From Bacilli bacterium (lineage in GTDB: Bacteria > Bacillota_I > Bacilli_A > ML615J-28 > CAG-698): a stretch of DNA of 64,000 nucleotides. The notes under the pieces are model-generated. The model saw only the letters and a list, made by a program, of their open reading frames with translations. It was not told the DNA's origin and did not search any database. Positions 52,190 through 62,384 of this stretch are shown in pieces. How positions within the stretch are numbered: the stretch's first letter is position 1; every line of letters begins with the position of its first letter. Location: assembly GCA_050953065.1 (NCBI GenBank), contig JBMNLZ010000003.1, forward strand, positions 506,853 through 570,852, given 5' to 3'. The position numbers and the translations under genes are program-made.

Positions 52190-53272
52190 TTAAATATTAA
52201 CTTTAAATTTAATTCCTTCTGCAGTAGCATCTGATAATTTTTTAATATCAATATGCCAATTAATAGCATAAGCAGCTAGTCGTGCATTTTGGCCTTGTTT
52301 ACCAATGGCAAGTGAAAATTGATCATCACTAACAATAACCATTGCACGTTTTTCATTTTCATCATTTATAATTACGCTAACAACTTTAGCAGGAAGCAAT
52401 GCTTCACAAATTAATTCAACTGGATCCTCACGCCATGTAAAGATATCAATCTTTTCATTATTTAAAGCCTCATTGATACTTCTAATTCTTAACCCACCTG
52501 GTCCAACACAAGCACCTTTAGCATCTACATTACTATTATTTGAAGCAACTCCGATTTTAGTTCTACTGCCCGGATCTCTTGCAAGTCCCATAATTTCTAC
52601 TGTTCCATCTTTAATTTCAGGAATTGTCATTTCAAATAATCTTTTAACAATTTCTTTATTTTTTCTTGAAACATATACTTTAGGTCCTTTACCAGTTTTT
52701 TCAACTTTAGTAATATATAATTTCTTTTCATCACCTACAACAAATTCTTCTCCAGGCAAGCCCTCATTTAATGGCATATGTGCTTCTACATTTTGACCTA
52801 CACCAAAAGTAACAAACCCTGATTGAACTGATAAAACTCTACCAGTAATTACCTCACCGATTCTCTCCGTAAAATGAACATAAGCTTTTTCTCTTTCTAA
52901 ATCTTTTAAGCCATTTAAAAGATTTTGTTTGAAGTTTGAAGCAGCTTTTCTTCCAAAGTTTTGAATGTTAACTTCTGTTTTAATCTCTGTACCTATCTTA
53001 GCATTATTTTTTAATTCTAAGGCTTCTTCTAATAAGATTTGTCCACGTGGTCCATCTGGATTAATTTCTTCTACCACTCTTTTTATTTCAAAAACTCTAA
53101 TTTGTTTTCTCTCTTCATTTAAATCTAAAATGATTTCTCCAGTATAAGGAGGATTTGCGTGTCTACAAGCAACACCCATCGCAATTTCAACCTTTTGTAA
53201 TACTTCTTTTATTTCTAACTTTCTTTCAAATGCTATACTTTCTAACGATTCAAAAAAATTCTTACTAATCAT
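52190..53272 (-). CDS. nusA: Transcription factor NusA
   Basis: ARDPGSRTKI, GACVG, SLAIGKQGQNARLA. Confidence 0.96.
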   Translation of the reverse strand: MISKNFFESLESIAFERKLEIKEVLQKVEIAMGVACRHANPPYTGEIILDLNEERKQIRVFEIKRVVEEINPDGPRGQILLEEALELKNNAKIGTEIKTEVNIQNFGRKAASNFKQNLLNGLKDLEREKAYVHFTERIGEVITGRVLSVQSGFVTFGVGQNVEAHMPLNEGLPGEEFVVGDEKKLYITKVEKTGKGPKVYVSRKNKEIVKRLFEMTIPEIKDGTVEIMGLARDPGSRTKIGVASNNSNVDAKGACVGPGGLRIRSINEALNNEKIDIFTWREDPVELICEALLPAKVVSVIINDENEKRAMVIVSDDQFSLAIGKQGQNARLAAYAINWHIDIKKLSDATAEGIKFKVNI

Positions 53273-53287
53273 TTTATTCTTTTCCTC

Positions 53288-53734
53288 CTAAAATTTAATC
53301 GCTAATCTAATTTTGCTTATTTTTTGTTTTTCAATTGTTAGACTTTTTAGTCTACCTTTGATATTTTCTTCTACTATAATTTCAGTATCTTTATTTTCTC
53401 TTAAATAACCGTAAACTTTATTTCCATCATATTCAACATAAATATATTTATCAACTGCTTTTTTATAGTCTTCTATACTTTCTATTGGACGCTCTGCTCC
53501 AACTGATGATACTTCTAATAAATAATTATCCTCATCAATTTCAAGCAAATCTAATGCTTCACTTATTCGTTCATTAAGAATAGTTGCATCATTAATACTA
53601 ACCCCTGTTTCTTTATCAATTAAAATCCTTAAAATATTTTCTCCTTTTTCTCTAACATATTTTACGCTAACAATTTCTAAACCTAATTTGAGTCCTTCTT
53701 TAAGTGCTAACTCATTAATCTTATTTAAATCCAT
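53288..53734 (-). CDS. rimP: Ribosome maturation factor RimP
   Basis: LRILIDKETGV, YLLEVSSVGAERP; start assigned to MDLNK at 53734 because a GAGG RBS precedes it. Confidence 0.92.
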   Translation of the reverse strand: MDLNKINELALKEGLKLGLEIVSVKYVREKGENILRILIDKETGVSINDATILNERISEALDLLEIDEDNYLLEVSSVGAERPIESIEDYKKAVDKYIYVEYDGNKVYGYLRENKDTEIIVEENIKGRLKSLTIEKQKISKIRLAIKF

Positions 53735-53762
53735 TTTAATTTTTTCCTCTTTTTCATAATTA

Positions 53763-53846
53763 TTGGGAGCGAGAAACAAATTCTCACTCCCAAGTTTTAC
53801 TTTTCAACAGCATATTAATAATACCTTTTTTTATTATATTTGTCAA
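53763..53846 (-). promoter_or_regulatory. rimP-nusA operon promoter and leader hairpin
   Basis: TTGACA(53841-46)-17 nt-TATTAT; hairpin ttgggagtgagaa..ttctcgctcccaa (53763-53793). Confidence 0.7.
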
Positions 53847-53855
53847 GAGATATAT

Positions 53856-54587
53856 TTATTTAACTGTTAAACTGTATAATAAAATCGCACCAGCTATCGC
53901 AACGTTTAATGAATCAATTCCTTTAATTGGTATTTTAAGGCTAACATCTGATGCTTTTAATACTTCTTGTCTTATCCCACTACCTTCATTTCCTAAAATT
54001 AAAGCAAATTTTTCGACTGCTTTAAAACAAGTTACATCTAAAGAATTATCATCTAAAGAACTTGCAATAATTTTGATACCTTTCTTTTTTAAAATGTTAA
54101 TTTCTTCAACTAAACTTTTTTTAAAAATAGGAATTTTAAAAATACTTCCCTGACTTGCTCTAATTACTTTATCGTTATAAAAATCTATTGTATCAAGTGA
54201 TATAATTATTTTTTCAATTCCAAAAGCAAGAGATGTTCTAATTAAAGTCCCCATATTGCCTGGGTCTTGAATATTATCTAAAATCAAAATTCTAGAAGCA
54301 TCCTTTTCTTTAAAATCAAAATACTTTACAATTCCAACAATTGGTTGAGGAGTAATCGTTGATGAAAACTTTTTAATTACTTCTTCACTAACTAAAATTC
54401 CTTTTACACCACTTTTAAAATCATCTTCATTTACTGCAATGACTGTATCAAGCAAATTAGCATTATATGCTTCTAAAACTAAATGATATCCTTCAACAAT
54501 AAATCTTTTTTCTAAATCACGATATTTCTTTTGTTTTAATTTTATTAAATCTTTAATTATCTTATTATTTATAGAAACAATTCTCAT
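53856..54587 (-). CDS. TrmH/SpoU family RNA methyltransferase
   Basis: IQDPGNMGTLIRT, GNEGSG, SLNVAIAGAIL. Confidence 0.92.
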   Translation of the reverse strand: MRIVSINNKIIKDLIKLKQKKYRDLEKRFIVEGYHLVLEAYNANLLDTVIAVNEDDFKSGVKGILVSEEVIKKFSSTITPQPIVGIVKYFDFKEKDASRILILDNIQDPGNMGTLIRTSLAFGIEKIIISLDTIDFYNDKVIRASQGSIFKIPIFKKSLVEEINILKKKGIKIIASSLDDNSLDVTCFKAVEKFALILGNEGSGIRQEVLKASDVSLKIPIKGIDSLNVAIAGAILLYSLTVK

Positions 54588-54590
54588 ATT

Positions 54591-55280
54591 TTATAACCAA
54601 GCTAATAAATCCTTAAGCCATTTGAAATAAATATAAATTCCTGAAAATAAGACAAGCGCAATTTGAATTAAAAAGATTATTAAAAAAACTTTTTTATCTA
54701 ACTTCTTTTTTACTACATTTACATATAAAACCCATGAAAGAATAATATTTAAAAAAGGGAAAGCATATGTACAAACAAGAACAAAAATTATCATTGGAGA
54801 ATCAATTGCTGGTAATATTATTCTCTCAACAAGCCAAACACTAATAACATCATATGGAATAAAAGGAAGACTAATAAAAATTTGAAAAATTCCATATAAA
54901 ACTATCCATGTAGAGACTTGATCCCAAGCAGTTTTAGTTTTAGTTTTTTTCTTTAAAGCATTTCTTTCTTTATATAATTCTTTAATGATTTTCTTTTTTT
55001 CTAAATATTCTTCTTCTGGCATTATTTCAATATTCTTTTCAGCTAAATTAAATTCATATTCTTCAACTAGTATTTCTAATTTTTGAATTTGAATATTGAT
55101 ATCTTCTTTTAAATCAAAAATTTCTTTTTCAGCCGCAATCGCTAAATCTAATTCATCAGGAATATATTCTTCTTCTAACTCTATTGTAGTTTCTTTTATA
55201 TCTTCTTTTTCTTCTTTTTTTATTTCTTCAACTTTTTTATTTTTTACTTCAACAGGTTTTTTATTTTTAGTATCAGCCAT
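54591..55280 (-). CDS. Hypothetical membrane protein with charged coiled-coil N-terminus
   Basis: AAGGAGG RBS before MADTK; three C-terminal hydrophobic segments. Confidence 0.7.
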   Translation of the reverse strand: MADTKNKKPVEVKNKKVEEIKKEEKEDIKETTIELEEEYIPDELDLAIAAEKEIFDLKEDINIQIQKLEILVEEYEFNLAEKNIEIMPEEEYLEKKKIIKELYKERNALKKKTKTKTAWDQVSTWIVLYGIFQIFISLPFIPYDVISVWLVERIILPAIDSPMIIFVLVCTYAFPFLNIILSWVLYVNVVKKKLDKKVFLIIFLIQIALVLFSGIYIYFKWLKDLLAWL

Positions 55281-55340
55281 ATTATCCTCCTTATACAAAA
55301 TCTATTTTATCATATTAAAAGTTTATTTACTATTCTTTTT

Positions 55341-56561
55341 TTATAACTCAAACTTCTCTTCTTCAAAAAATGCATTAATATCAACTACACTATCTATTTC
55401 TATTTGAGTAATATTTTTAAAAGCATTTTTTATTAAATTATCTAAACTGCATTTTTCTTCTTCTATTAAAACATTATTAAGTCTTGGCTTAATTATAGGA
55501 TGAATTGGAATAAAGATTGTGCAACAATCTTCATATGGTTTAATTGAAATATCATATGTTTCAATTTCTTTAGAAATTTTTATAATTTCCTCTTTATCAA
55601 AAACAGCCAAAGGTCTAATAACTGGAATGTTTGTTACATCGTTTATCACATTCATACTCTCTAAAGTTTGAGAAGCAACTTGACCAATACTTTCTCCTGT
55701 AATTAATGCTTGAATATTATTTTCTTTAGCATAAAGAGATGCTATTTTATACATCGCTCTTCTCATTAAAGTTACTAAATATGATTTATCAGCTTTTTCA
55801 TAAATCTCTTTTTGAATTTCAGTAAAATTAACAATATTTAATTTGATTTTATAAGGATGTGTAAAAACTGCTAATTTCTTTGTAAGGTCAATTACTTTTT
55901 GGAGTGCTAATTTATTTGTATAGGGTGGTGCTTCAAAATGAAGCGCTTCTAACTCTATACCTTTTCTTAAAGCTAAAAATCCCGCAACAGGACTATCTAT
56001 CCCACCAGACAGCATCAACAACCCACGTCCTCCTGAATAGAGCGGATACCCTCCTTGAGCTTTAATGTTAGATGTAAATAAAAAAGCTCCTTCTTTTCTA
56101 AAATCAATTGTTAGAAGTAATTCAGGATTATGTACATCTACTTTTAAGTTGTTAACATTTTTTAAAACTGATGATGCAACCTTTTTACTTATCTCAAGTG
56201 ATGTATCAGGAAAATCTTTATCAGCTCTATGAGTTTCTACTTTAAAAGTAATTTCTTTATTTGGCTTTTCTTTTTCAATTAAAGCAATTGCTGCTTTTAT
56301 TATTTCTTCATAATTAGGTTTAACTTTAACACATAAACTATATGAATGAATACCAAATATTTTTGATAATTCTTTTGAAACTTCTTGGTAAGAATTATCA
56401 TTTAATTCAATATAAAAACGATAGTTAGTATTATAAAAATTAAGACCTTTAAAAATAGATAGTCTATTAATAATTTGTTTATTCATTTCACTTAGAAACA
56501 TTTTATAATTAGCTTTTTTTAAAGTCATTTCGCCATATCTTACTAAAATAACATTATACAT
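55341..56561 (-). CDS. thiI: tRNA 4-thiouridine synthase ThiI
   Basis: VRYGE..LK, THUMP domain, SGGIDSPVA, GESIGQVASQT, EDCC; likely start MYNV. Confidence 0.95.
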   Translation of the reverse strand: MYNVILVRYGEMTLKKANYKMFLSEMNKQIINRLSIFKGLNFYNTNYRFYIELNDNSYQEVSKELSKIFGIHSYSLCVKVKPNYEEIIKAAIALIEKEKPNKEITFKVETHRADKDFPDTSLEISKKVASSVLKNVNNLKVDVHNPELLLTIDFRKEGAFLFTSNIKAQGGYPLYSGGRGLLMLSGGIDSPVAGFLALRKGIELEALHFEAPPYTNKLALQKVIDLTKKLAVFTHPYKIKLNIVNFTEIQKEIYEKADKSYLVTLMRRAMYKIASLYAKENNIQALITGESIGQVASQTLESMNVINDVTNIPVIRPLAVFDKEEIIKISKEIETYDISIKPYEDCCTIFIPIHPIIKPRLNNVLIEEEKCSLDNLIKNAFKNITQIEIDSVVDINAFFEEEKFEL

Positions 56562-57669
56562 ATTCCTCACCCGTTAATTTATAAATCGCTTTTATTAACT
56601 TTTCAATATCTTCTTTTTTTGTTAAGTGAGACAAACTCACTCTAACAGAAGATGCTGTTCTTTCTTCATCATTAAAAGAAGCCATAATAGTTTTTTCTAA
56701 AGTACTAAGTTTAGAAGAACACGCCGAACTACTTGAAATATAAATCTCATCTGTTTCTAAACTATGAATTATAGTTTCTGATTTTATTTTATCAACAGAA
56801 AAGTTAATAATAAATGGACTTGCTTTTAAACTACTATTAATTAAAATCTTTTTGTTTTTTTCTAACTCTTCTCTTAAATATAAATTTAAAACTTTAACTT
56901 GATTAAAACATTTTTCCTGCAAAGGGAAATATTTCTTGATTGTTTTAACTGAAGCAATTAAAGATGCTAAATCAAGCGTTCCAACTTTAATGTTATTGTT
57001 AGCACTATACATAATTTTTTCTAAAGCAATATCTAAGTTATATACTAAAAACGCTGCAGCTTTTAGTCCATATATTTTATGCATACTAAATGTAAATAAA
57101 TCAATTTCATTAAAATCAAAGTCTGCTTTGATTTTAGAAAAACCTTGAACCATATCAACATGTAGTTTAGCTTTAGGATATTTTTTAACTAGCCTTATTA
57201 TTTCTTTAATATTTTGAATAGCACCAGTTATATTATTAACCCACATAATAGAAACTAAGATAACTTTTTCATTTAATTCTTTTTCTAAATCAGCTAAAGA
57301 AATTTCTCCGTTTCTATCTACATCTAAATATACTACTTCATGAATTTTTTCATAATTTTTAAAAACATTATAAACAGAAGGATGTTCTATTTTTGTTGTA
57401 ATAATCTTTGAATATTCTTTATTTTTTATTATTCCTTGAACTGCTATATTATTAGCCTCACTTGCAGAAGTTAGAAAAACAACTTCCTTTTTTTTAAGTC
57501 CTAAAACTTTCTTTACCTCAGCTAGACACTTATCATACATATATTTACTTTCTTGACCTAGCTTATGTAGAGAATTAGTGTTTGCAAAAAAATTATTTTG
57601 GGCTTTAATATACGATGTTAAAATTTCTTTATCTAGCGGAGTTGTTGCTGCATAATCTAAATAAATCAT
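56554..57669 (-). CDS. IscS/NifZ-like cysteine desulfurase paired with thiI
   Basis: IYLDYAATT, IEHPSV, SMHKIYG, SSSACSS. Confidence 0.9.
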   Translation of the reverse strand: MIYLDYAATTPLDKEILTSYIKAQNNFFANTNSLHKLGQESKYMYDKCLAEVKKVLGLKKKEVVFLTSASEANNIAVQGIIKNKEYSKIITTKIEHPSVYNVFKNYEKIHEVVYLDVDRNGEISLADLEKELNEKVILVSIMWVNNITGAIQNIKEIIRLVKKYPKAKLHVDMVQGFSKIKADFDFNEIDLFTFSMHKIYGLKAAAFLVYNLDIALEKIMYSANNNIKVGTLDLASLIASVKTIKKYFPLQEKCFNQVKVLNLYLREELEKNKKILINSSLKASPFIINFSVDKIKSETIIHSLETDEIYISSSSACSSKLSTLEKTIMASFNDEERTASSVRVSLSHLTKKEDIEKLIKAIYKLTGEEYV

Positions 57670-57774
57670 AATTTACCTCTACTTTAATAACCATTAAACA
57701 TTATACTATATTTTTAAAAATTTTAAAATACATATTTAAAAAGTCTATTCTTAATTAAGAATAGACTCTTCATT

Positions 57775-58374
57775 TTACTTATTGTAGAACTCAACAATTA
57801 GGTTCTCTTGAATTTCTGGTAGGATCTCATCTCTTTCAGGATAACGAACAAATTCACCAATCATTTTTTTCTCATCAAATGAAACGAATTCTTTTCTACC
57901 AACCATCGCTTCTAAAGCATCTTTAATAATGTTTAAATTTCTAGATGATTCTTTAATAGTAATTTTTTCACCTGGTTGTACAAGGTATGAAGGAATGTTT
58001 AATTTTTTCCCATTTACTTCAATATGACCATGATTAACCAATTGACGTGCTTGACGACGAGTGCTTGCAAAACCTAAACGATAAACAACATTGTCTAATC
58101 TTGATTCTAGTAAGAATAAGAAGTTATCACCATGTTTACCTTTCATTTTTCCAGCTAATTCAAACATTCTTTTAAATTGTCTTTCATTCACCCCATATGT
58201 GAAACGTACTTTTTGTTTTTCTTTTAACTGTAGTCCATATTCAGATGTTTTACTACGACGTTGACCATGTTGCCCTGGAGCATAAGGTCTTCTTTGTAAT
58301 TCTCTTCCAGTTTCTAAAGTAGAATAACCTAATCTTCTAGAAACTTTCCAAGAAGGTCCTGTGTAACGTGCCAT
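57775..58374 (-). CDS. rpsD: 30S ribosomal protein S4
   Basis: [36 protein letters not shown]. Confidence 0.99.
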   Translation of the reverse strand: MARYTGPSWKVSRRLGYSTLETGRELQRRPYAPGQHGQRRSKTSEYGLQLKEKQKVRFTYGVNERQFKRMFELAGKMKGKHGDNFLFLLESRLDNVVYRLGFASTRRQARQLVNHGHIEVNGKKLNIPSYLVQPGEKITIKESSRNLNIIKDALEAMVGRKEFVSFDEKKMIGEFVRYPERDEILPEIQENLIVEFYNK

Positions 58375-58384
58375 TTTTTCTTTC

Positions 58385-58577
58385 CTCCTTTTACTTAAAT
58401 TTTTTAAAAGCTAAGGACTTAAACTTATAATACTTACAAGAGAATTATTTTAGGGTTCATCTAAGCAGCTAGACTACTAACTCCACTTTCTGGAAATCTC
58501 TTAAAATAAATATTACATTTAAGTGCTGCTTTCTAACGCACGTAAAAAATTATACTATAGATAATTATTTAAGTCAA
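58385..58577 (-). promoter_or_regulatory. rpsD promoter and long leader (probable S4 autoregulatory element)
   Basis: TTGACT(58572-77)-17 nt-TATAAT(58549-54); ~160-nt leader with AAGCAGC/GCUGCUU complementarity; AAGGAGG RBS. Confidence 0.65.
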
Positions 58578-58598
58578 GTGAAATTTTCTTTATAATTA

Positions 58599-58628
58599 AA
58601 AAAGTTGGTGGATACCACCAACTTTTTT
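58599..58628 (-). terminator. Intrinsic terminator after amidase lipoprotein
   Basis: aaaaagttggtgg-ata-ccaccaacttttt. Confidence 0.85.
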
Positions 58629-58639
58629 ACACATATTTT

Positions 58640-61600
58640 TTAAGTTATTTCTGATCTATCGTTTCTACCAGTTACTGCAGCCTCAACATTGCAAGGAACT
58701 GTAACTGTATATGTTTTAGATTCAGTAATACCAGATTTAGAAATTGTTACTGTATAACTAACAACTGTATCAACAGATGGTCTAGCAACTACATGACCAT
58801 AGTTATTAATAACTCCAGGATTACCCGATGAAAAACTAATCGTATAACCACTGTATAATTTTCTGTATTGATATTCTGCTTTAACCATTTTAGCAAATAC
58901 AGGAGTGTAAAGTCCTGATTCTCTTAATTCTTGAGGACAATTCTTACCCATAAAATGATTATGTTGTTTTACTCTATCTGTTGCAAGTGAATATCTCATT
59001 AAGATATCAGCAGTTAATTTAGCAGTCCTATGCCAAGTCATATATAAATCATTGTCTTCATGTTGACACATTTCAATTCCTATTCCATTCATATTACCAC
59101 CAGTAATACATGTTACACCGTAAGTAGTATTGTAGTATGTGCTTCCTGCTGCTCTAGTTCCATCTCCTGCATGCCATGCTACACTTGATTCTTTAACAAC
59201 ACTGTATACAGAATTAGCATCAACACAATAATGGATAGATACATCAGCTGTTGAACAATAACTAGCAGTATTACGAGCACCTGCTCCTACATTATTATTT
59301 CCAGTATGATGGATTACAACATACCAAACCGATGACATTGCTTGATGATATCGCCCATAGAATTCAGTATTAACAGAATGAGTACCTGGCCAGAAATATG
59401 AAACACTTCCTCTAGTTTCTTCTGTTTTAGTTGTATTACCATATGTTAGAACATTTCTAGATAAAGTCCTACTTACTAAATATTGTTCTAACCAATTAAA
59501 TACTGCTGTATGATGAACTACATTTCCTGAACCAACTATAATATAAGCTGTAGCTTGAATTGTTGGATTTGAAATTAGGTTAGCAGTAATTACTGCTGTA
59601 CCTGAACCAACTCCAGTAACAAGCCCTGTTGAAGAGATTGTTGCAATTCCTGTATCGCTACTTGTCCATGTAACGTTAGTATCACCTGTAGTACTTGAAA
59701 TTGAAAGTTGAGTAGTACTTCCAACACTAATTACAGACCCACCTGAATATAGAATTGAAATTTCAGCTGAATAGTCTTCATATACTTTAATTGCATATGT
59801 TCCTCTTTGAGAAGAATCTGTTTTTAATACAGCTGTAATTGTTGCATACCCTACACTCTTTCCATCTACTTTTCCATAATCTCCAACTGTAGCTACAGTT
59901 GTATTACTACTTGACCAATTATAGTTATATCTACTAGTAGCACCAGTTATTGTTAACTCAATTGATTGGCCTAAAATAATTGAAGGTGAAGAACCTATTA
60001 AAAGTTTTAAGTCCAAAGGTCCTGTTTTAGTTCCAGGAGCTGGATACGTATTAGCTGCTACTGTAATATTAACAGTTGCTTTAATAGTAGGATCTGATAC
60101 TAATGAAACAGTAATTGTTGCAGAACCTATTCCTTTAGCTGTAACTACTCCTGAAGAAGATACTAAAGCAACTGCTGTACTACTTGTACTATATGTTACT
60201 GCATAATTAGTTGTTCCTGTAATTGTTGGAGTAATCTTAGTTTGTTCATCAACAACTAAAGCATTTTTACCAATCGCTAAAGTAATAGTTATAGTAGGCG
60301 CTGGATTTGTAACTGTTACTGCACATGTTGCTTTTAATGCTGTATTAGCAACTGAAGTTGCTGTAATTGTTGCACTACCAGCTGCAACTGCTGTTACAAC
60401 ACCACTTGAAGATACTGTTGCTACACTTGTATTACTACTTGTCCAAGTAACTGCTGTATTAGTTAAATTAGAAACTGTAGCAGTTAATGTTTTTGTTTGG
60501 CCCTTTATAATACTGGCTGTTGCATCTGAAATTGTAATTGCAGGTGCATTAACAACTGTTACAACACACACAGCAGTTAAACTAGTATTACCCGCTGCTG
60601 TTGCTGTGATTGTTGCTGTACCTGTTGCTACCGCTGTAACTTTACCACTACTATCAACTGTTGCAACTGCAACATTATTACTTGTCCAATTAACCGCTGT
60701 ATTAGTTAGATTTAAAACTGTAGCAGTTAATGTTTTAGTTTCTCCTTTTATAATACTTGCTGTTGCATCTGAGATTGTAATTGTCGGTGCATTAACAACA
60801 GTAATCATATAAGTCGCTGTTACTTGAAAAGCTGCAATTGAAGTTACTGTAATTGTAGTTGTCCCTGCTGCTTTTGCAGTTACAAGTCCTGTTGCAGAAA
60901 CTGTTGCAACACCCGTATTACTACTTGTCCAACTAACTGCTTGACTAGCAGTACTTGGGTTAACAGTGGCTGTTAACTGAGTAGTTGCACCAACTGTAAT
61001 AGTTTTATTACCAGTTATACTTATTGAAGAAGGCATTCCAATTACTTTTACTGAAACGCTATCAAATATATCAGGGTTACTTACTAGAGTTACTGTGATT
61101 TTAACATTTCCACCAGCAACACCTGTTACCCAACCATTTTGATCAACTGTTGCAATTGTTTGATTTTCTGAACTATATAAAACAGCCCCTGTTGCATCAC
61201 TTGGTGTAAATTCATGAGTTAGTTTAATTTTACTTCCAGCCAAAACCTCAGTCGTGCCTGATAATGTAATCCCAGTTACAGAAGTATCGCTAGATGAAGT
61301 GTCTCTTACAACAATTGTACATTTAGCATAAATTGTAGGATCTGCTTTAAGTGTTGCTACTATATTCACTATTCCAGCAGCTACACCTGTTACTTTACCT
61401 GTTTGATCAACTGTTGCAACTTCAGTATCTTCACTTGACCAAGTTACAGCAAAATCTAAATTGACATCTGGTGTTACAGTTAATTGACTTATTTCTCCCA
61501 CATCTAGTATGAAATCACCAGAAATAGTAAGTGCTGTAATTATCGGAGTAATGCCTGGAGTATCATCTCCTGGATCATCTCCTGGGTCAGTTCCTGGATC

Positions 61601-62221
61601 ATCATTTGCTGCTACGATAATATTAACTGTTACCATTTTGTTTCCATAAATCGCAACAGCAGTAATACTAGCAGAACCAGCACCAACTGCTACAACTAAA
61701 CCAGTGTTTGTAACTGTTGCAACACTTGGATTAGTACTAATCCAAGTAACTAGCCCATCATAGTCTTCGTTATTTTCTTTAAATTGTAATTGAACTACTT
61801 CTCCTATTTGATACTCCTTAAGTCCACCTTGAACAACAATAGAATAATCTTTTTCTACGTTTTCACCGTTTCCATCATTACCATCCCCACCATCGCCAGT
61901 GCCTGATGATGGATTAACTATTACTACAACATTAGCCGAAATATTATGGCCAACTAGCGTTGCCTTAATTGAAGTAATACCTTCTTTTAACGCAACAACT
62001 TCTCCTGTTGCACTAACAGTTATTATTGTATCATCATATTCGCTATAACTTATTTGATAGTCAGTAACTCCAACTACCATCGGTAATAGCTGATAAGTTT
62101 TACCTTCTTCTAACTCAAGATTTGATGAGCCAAAAGAAAGAGAAATATTGCTCATCGTTGGTAAACAACCAACCAAAAACAATAAACTAAAACTAAACAA
62201 AATTAGAATAATTTTTTTCAT
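58640..62221 (-). CDS. Ig-stalk lipoprotein with C-terminal N-acetylmuramoyl-L-alanine amidase (Amidase_2)
   Basis: Lipobox LVGC; Big_2 repeats; VVIHHTGN, SIHYCVD, AWHAGDG, IGIEMC, QHNHF.GKNCP zinc-amidase motifs. Confidence 0.92.
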   Translation of the reverse strand: MKKIILILFSFSLLFLVGCLPTMSNISLSFGSSNLELEEGKTYQLLPMVVGVTDYQISYSEYDDTIITVSATGEVVALKEGITSIKATLVGHNISANVVVIVNPSSGTGDGGDGNDGNGENVEKDYSIVVQGGLKEYQIGEVVQLQFKENNEDYDGLVTWISTNPSVATVTNTGLVVAVGAGSASITAVAIYGNKMVTVNIIVAANDDPGTDPGDDPGDDTPGITPIITALTISGDFILDVGEISQLTVTPDVNLDFAVTWSSEDTEVATVDQTGKVTGVAAGIVNIVATLKADPTIYAKCTIVVRDTSSSDTSVTGITLSGTTEVLAGSKIKLTHEFTPSDATGAVLYSSENQTIATVDQNGWVTGVAGGNVKITVTLVSNPDIFDSVSVKVIGMPSSISITGNKTITVGATTQLTATVNPSTASQAVSWTSSNTGVATVSATGLVTAKAAGTTTITVTSIAAFQVTATYMITVVNAPTITISDATASIIKGETKTLTATVLNLTNTAVNWTSNNVAVATVDSSGKVTAVATGTATITATAAGNTSLTAVCVVTVVNAPAITISDATASIIKGQTKTLTATVSNLTNTAVTWTSSNTSVATVSSSGVVTAVAAGSATITATSVANTALKATCAVTVTNPAPTITITLAIGKNALVVDEQTKITPTITGTTNYAVTYSTSSTAVALVSSSGVVTAKGIGSATITVSLVSDPTIKATVNITVAANTYPAPGTKTGPLDLKLLIGSSPSIILGQSIELTITGATSRYNYNWSSSNTTVATVGDYGKVDGKSVGYATITAVLKTDSSQRGTYAIKVYEDYSAEISILYSGGSVISVGSTTQLSISSTTGDTNVTWTSSDTGIATISSTGLVTGVGSGTAVITANLISNPTIQATAYIIVGSGNVVHHTAVFNWLEQYLVSRTLSRNVLTYGNTTKTEETRGSVSYFWPGTHSVNTEFYGRYHQAMSSVWYVVIHHTGNNNVGAGARNTASYCSTADVSIHYCVDANSVYSVVKESSVAWHAGDGTRAAGSTYYNTTYGVTCITGGNMNGIGIEMCQHEDNDLYMTWHRTAKLTADILMRYSLATDRVKQHNHFMGKNCPQELRESGLYTPVFAKMVKAEYQYRKLYSGYTISFSSGNPGVINNYGHVVARPSVDTVVSYTVTISKSGITESKTYTVTVPCNVEAAVTGRNDRSEIT

Positions 62222-62342
62222 AACTTTTACCCCACTTTTTAATTCTATTAATACCTGTTTACGCTTATATTATATCATATTTATTTTTTTTAAAAAAGAT
62301 ATTTATATAAAAGCAAAAATCCTTTTATATTAATTAAGGGAT

Positions 62343-62372
62343 AAAAAAGTTGGTGTTTTTACCAACTTTTTT
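62343..62372 (-). terminator. Intrinsic terminator after the second amidase gene
   Basis: aaaaaagttggt..accaactttttt; same arms as the 58599 terminator. Confidence 0.8.
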
Positions 62373-62384
62373 ATGTAACCTTTT

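Noticed and set aside
61555-61605. Short 12-bp-period repeats in the amidase gene
   Set aside because: Encode an ordinary DDPG/TDPG flexible linker
741-62333. Short plus-strand ORFs in the track (e.g. 741, 3526, 6402, 14620, 21941, 31358, 52473, 55096, 60606)
   Set aside because: Antisense shadows of well-supported minus-strand genes; no RBS or recognisable motifs
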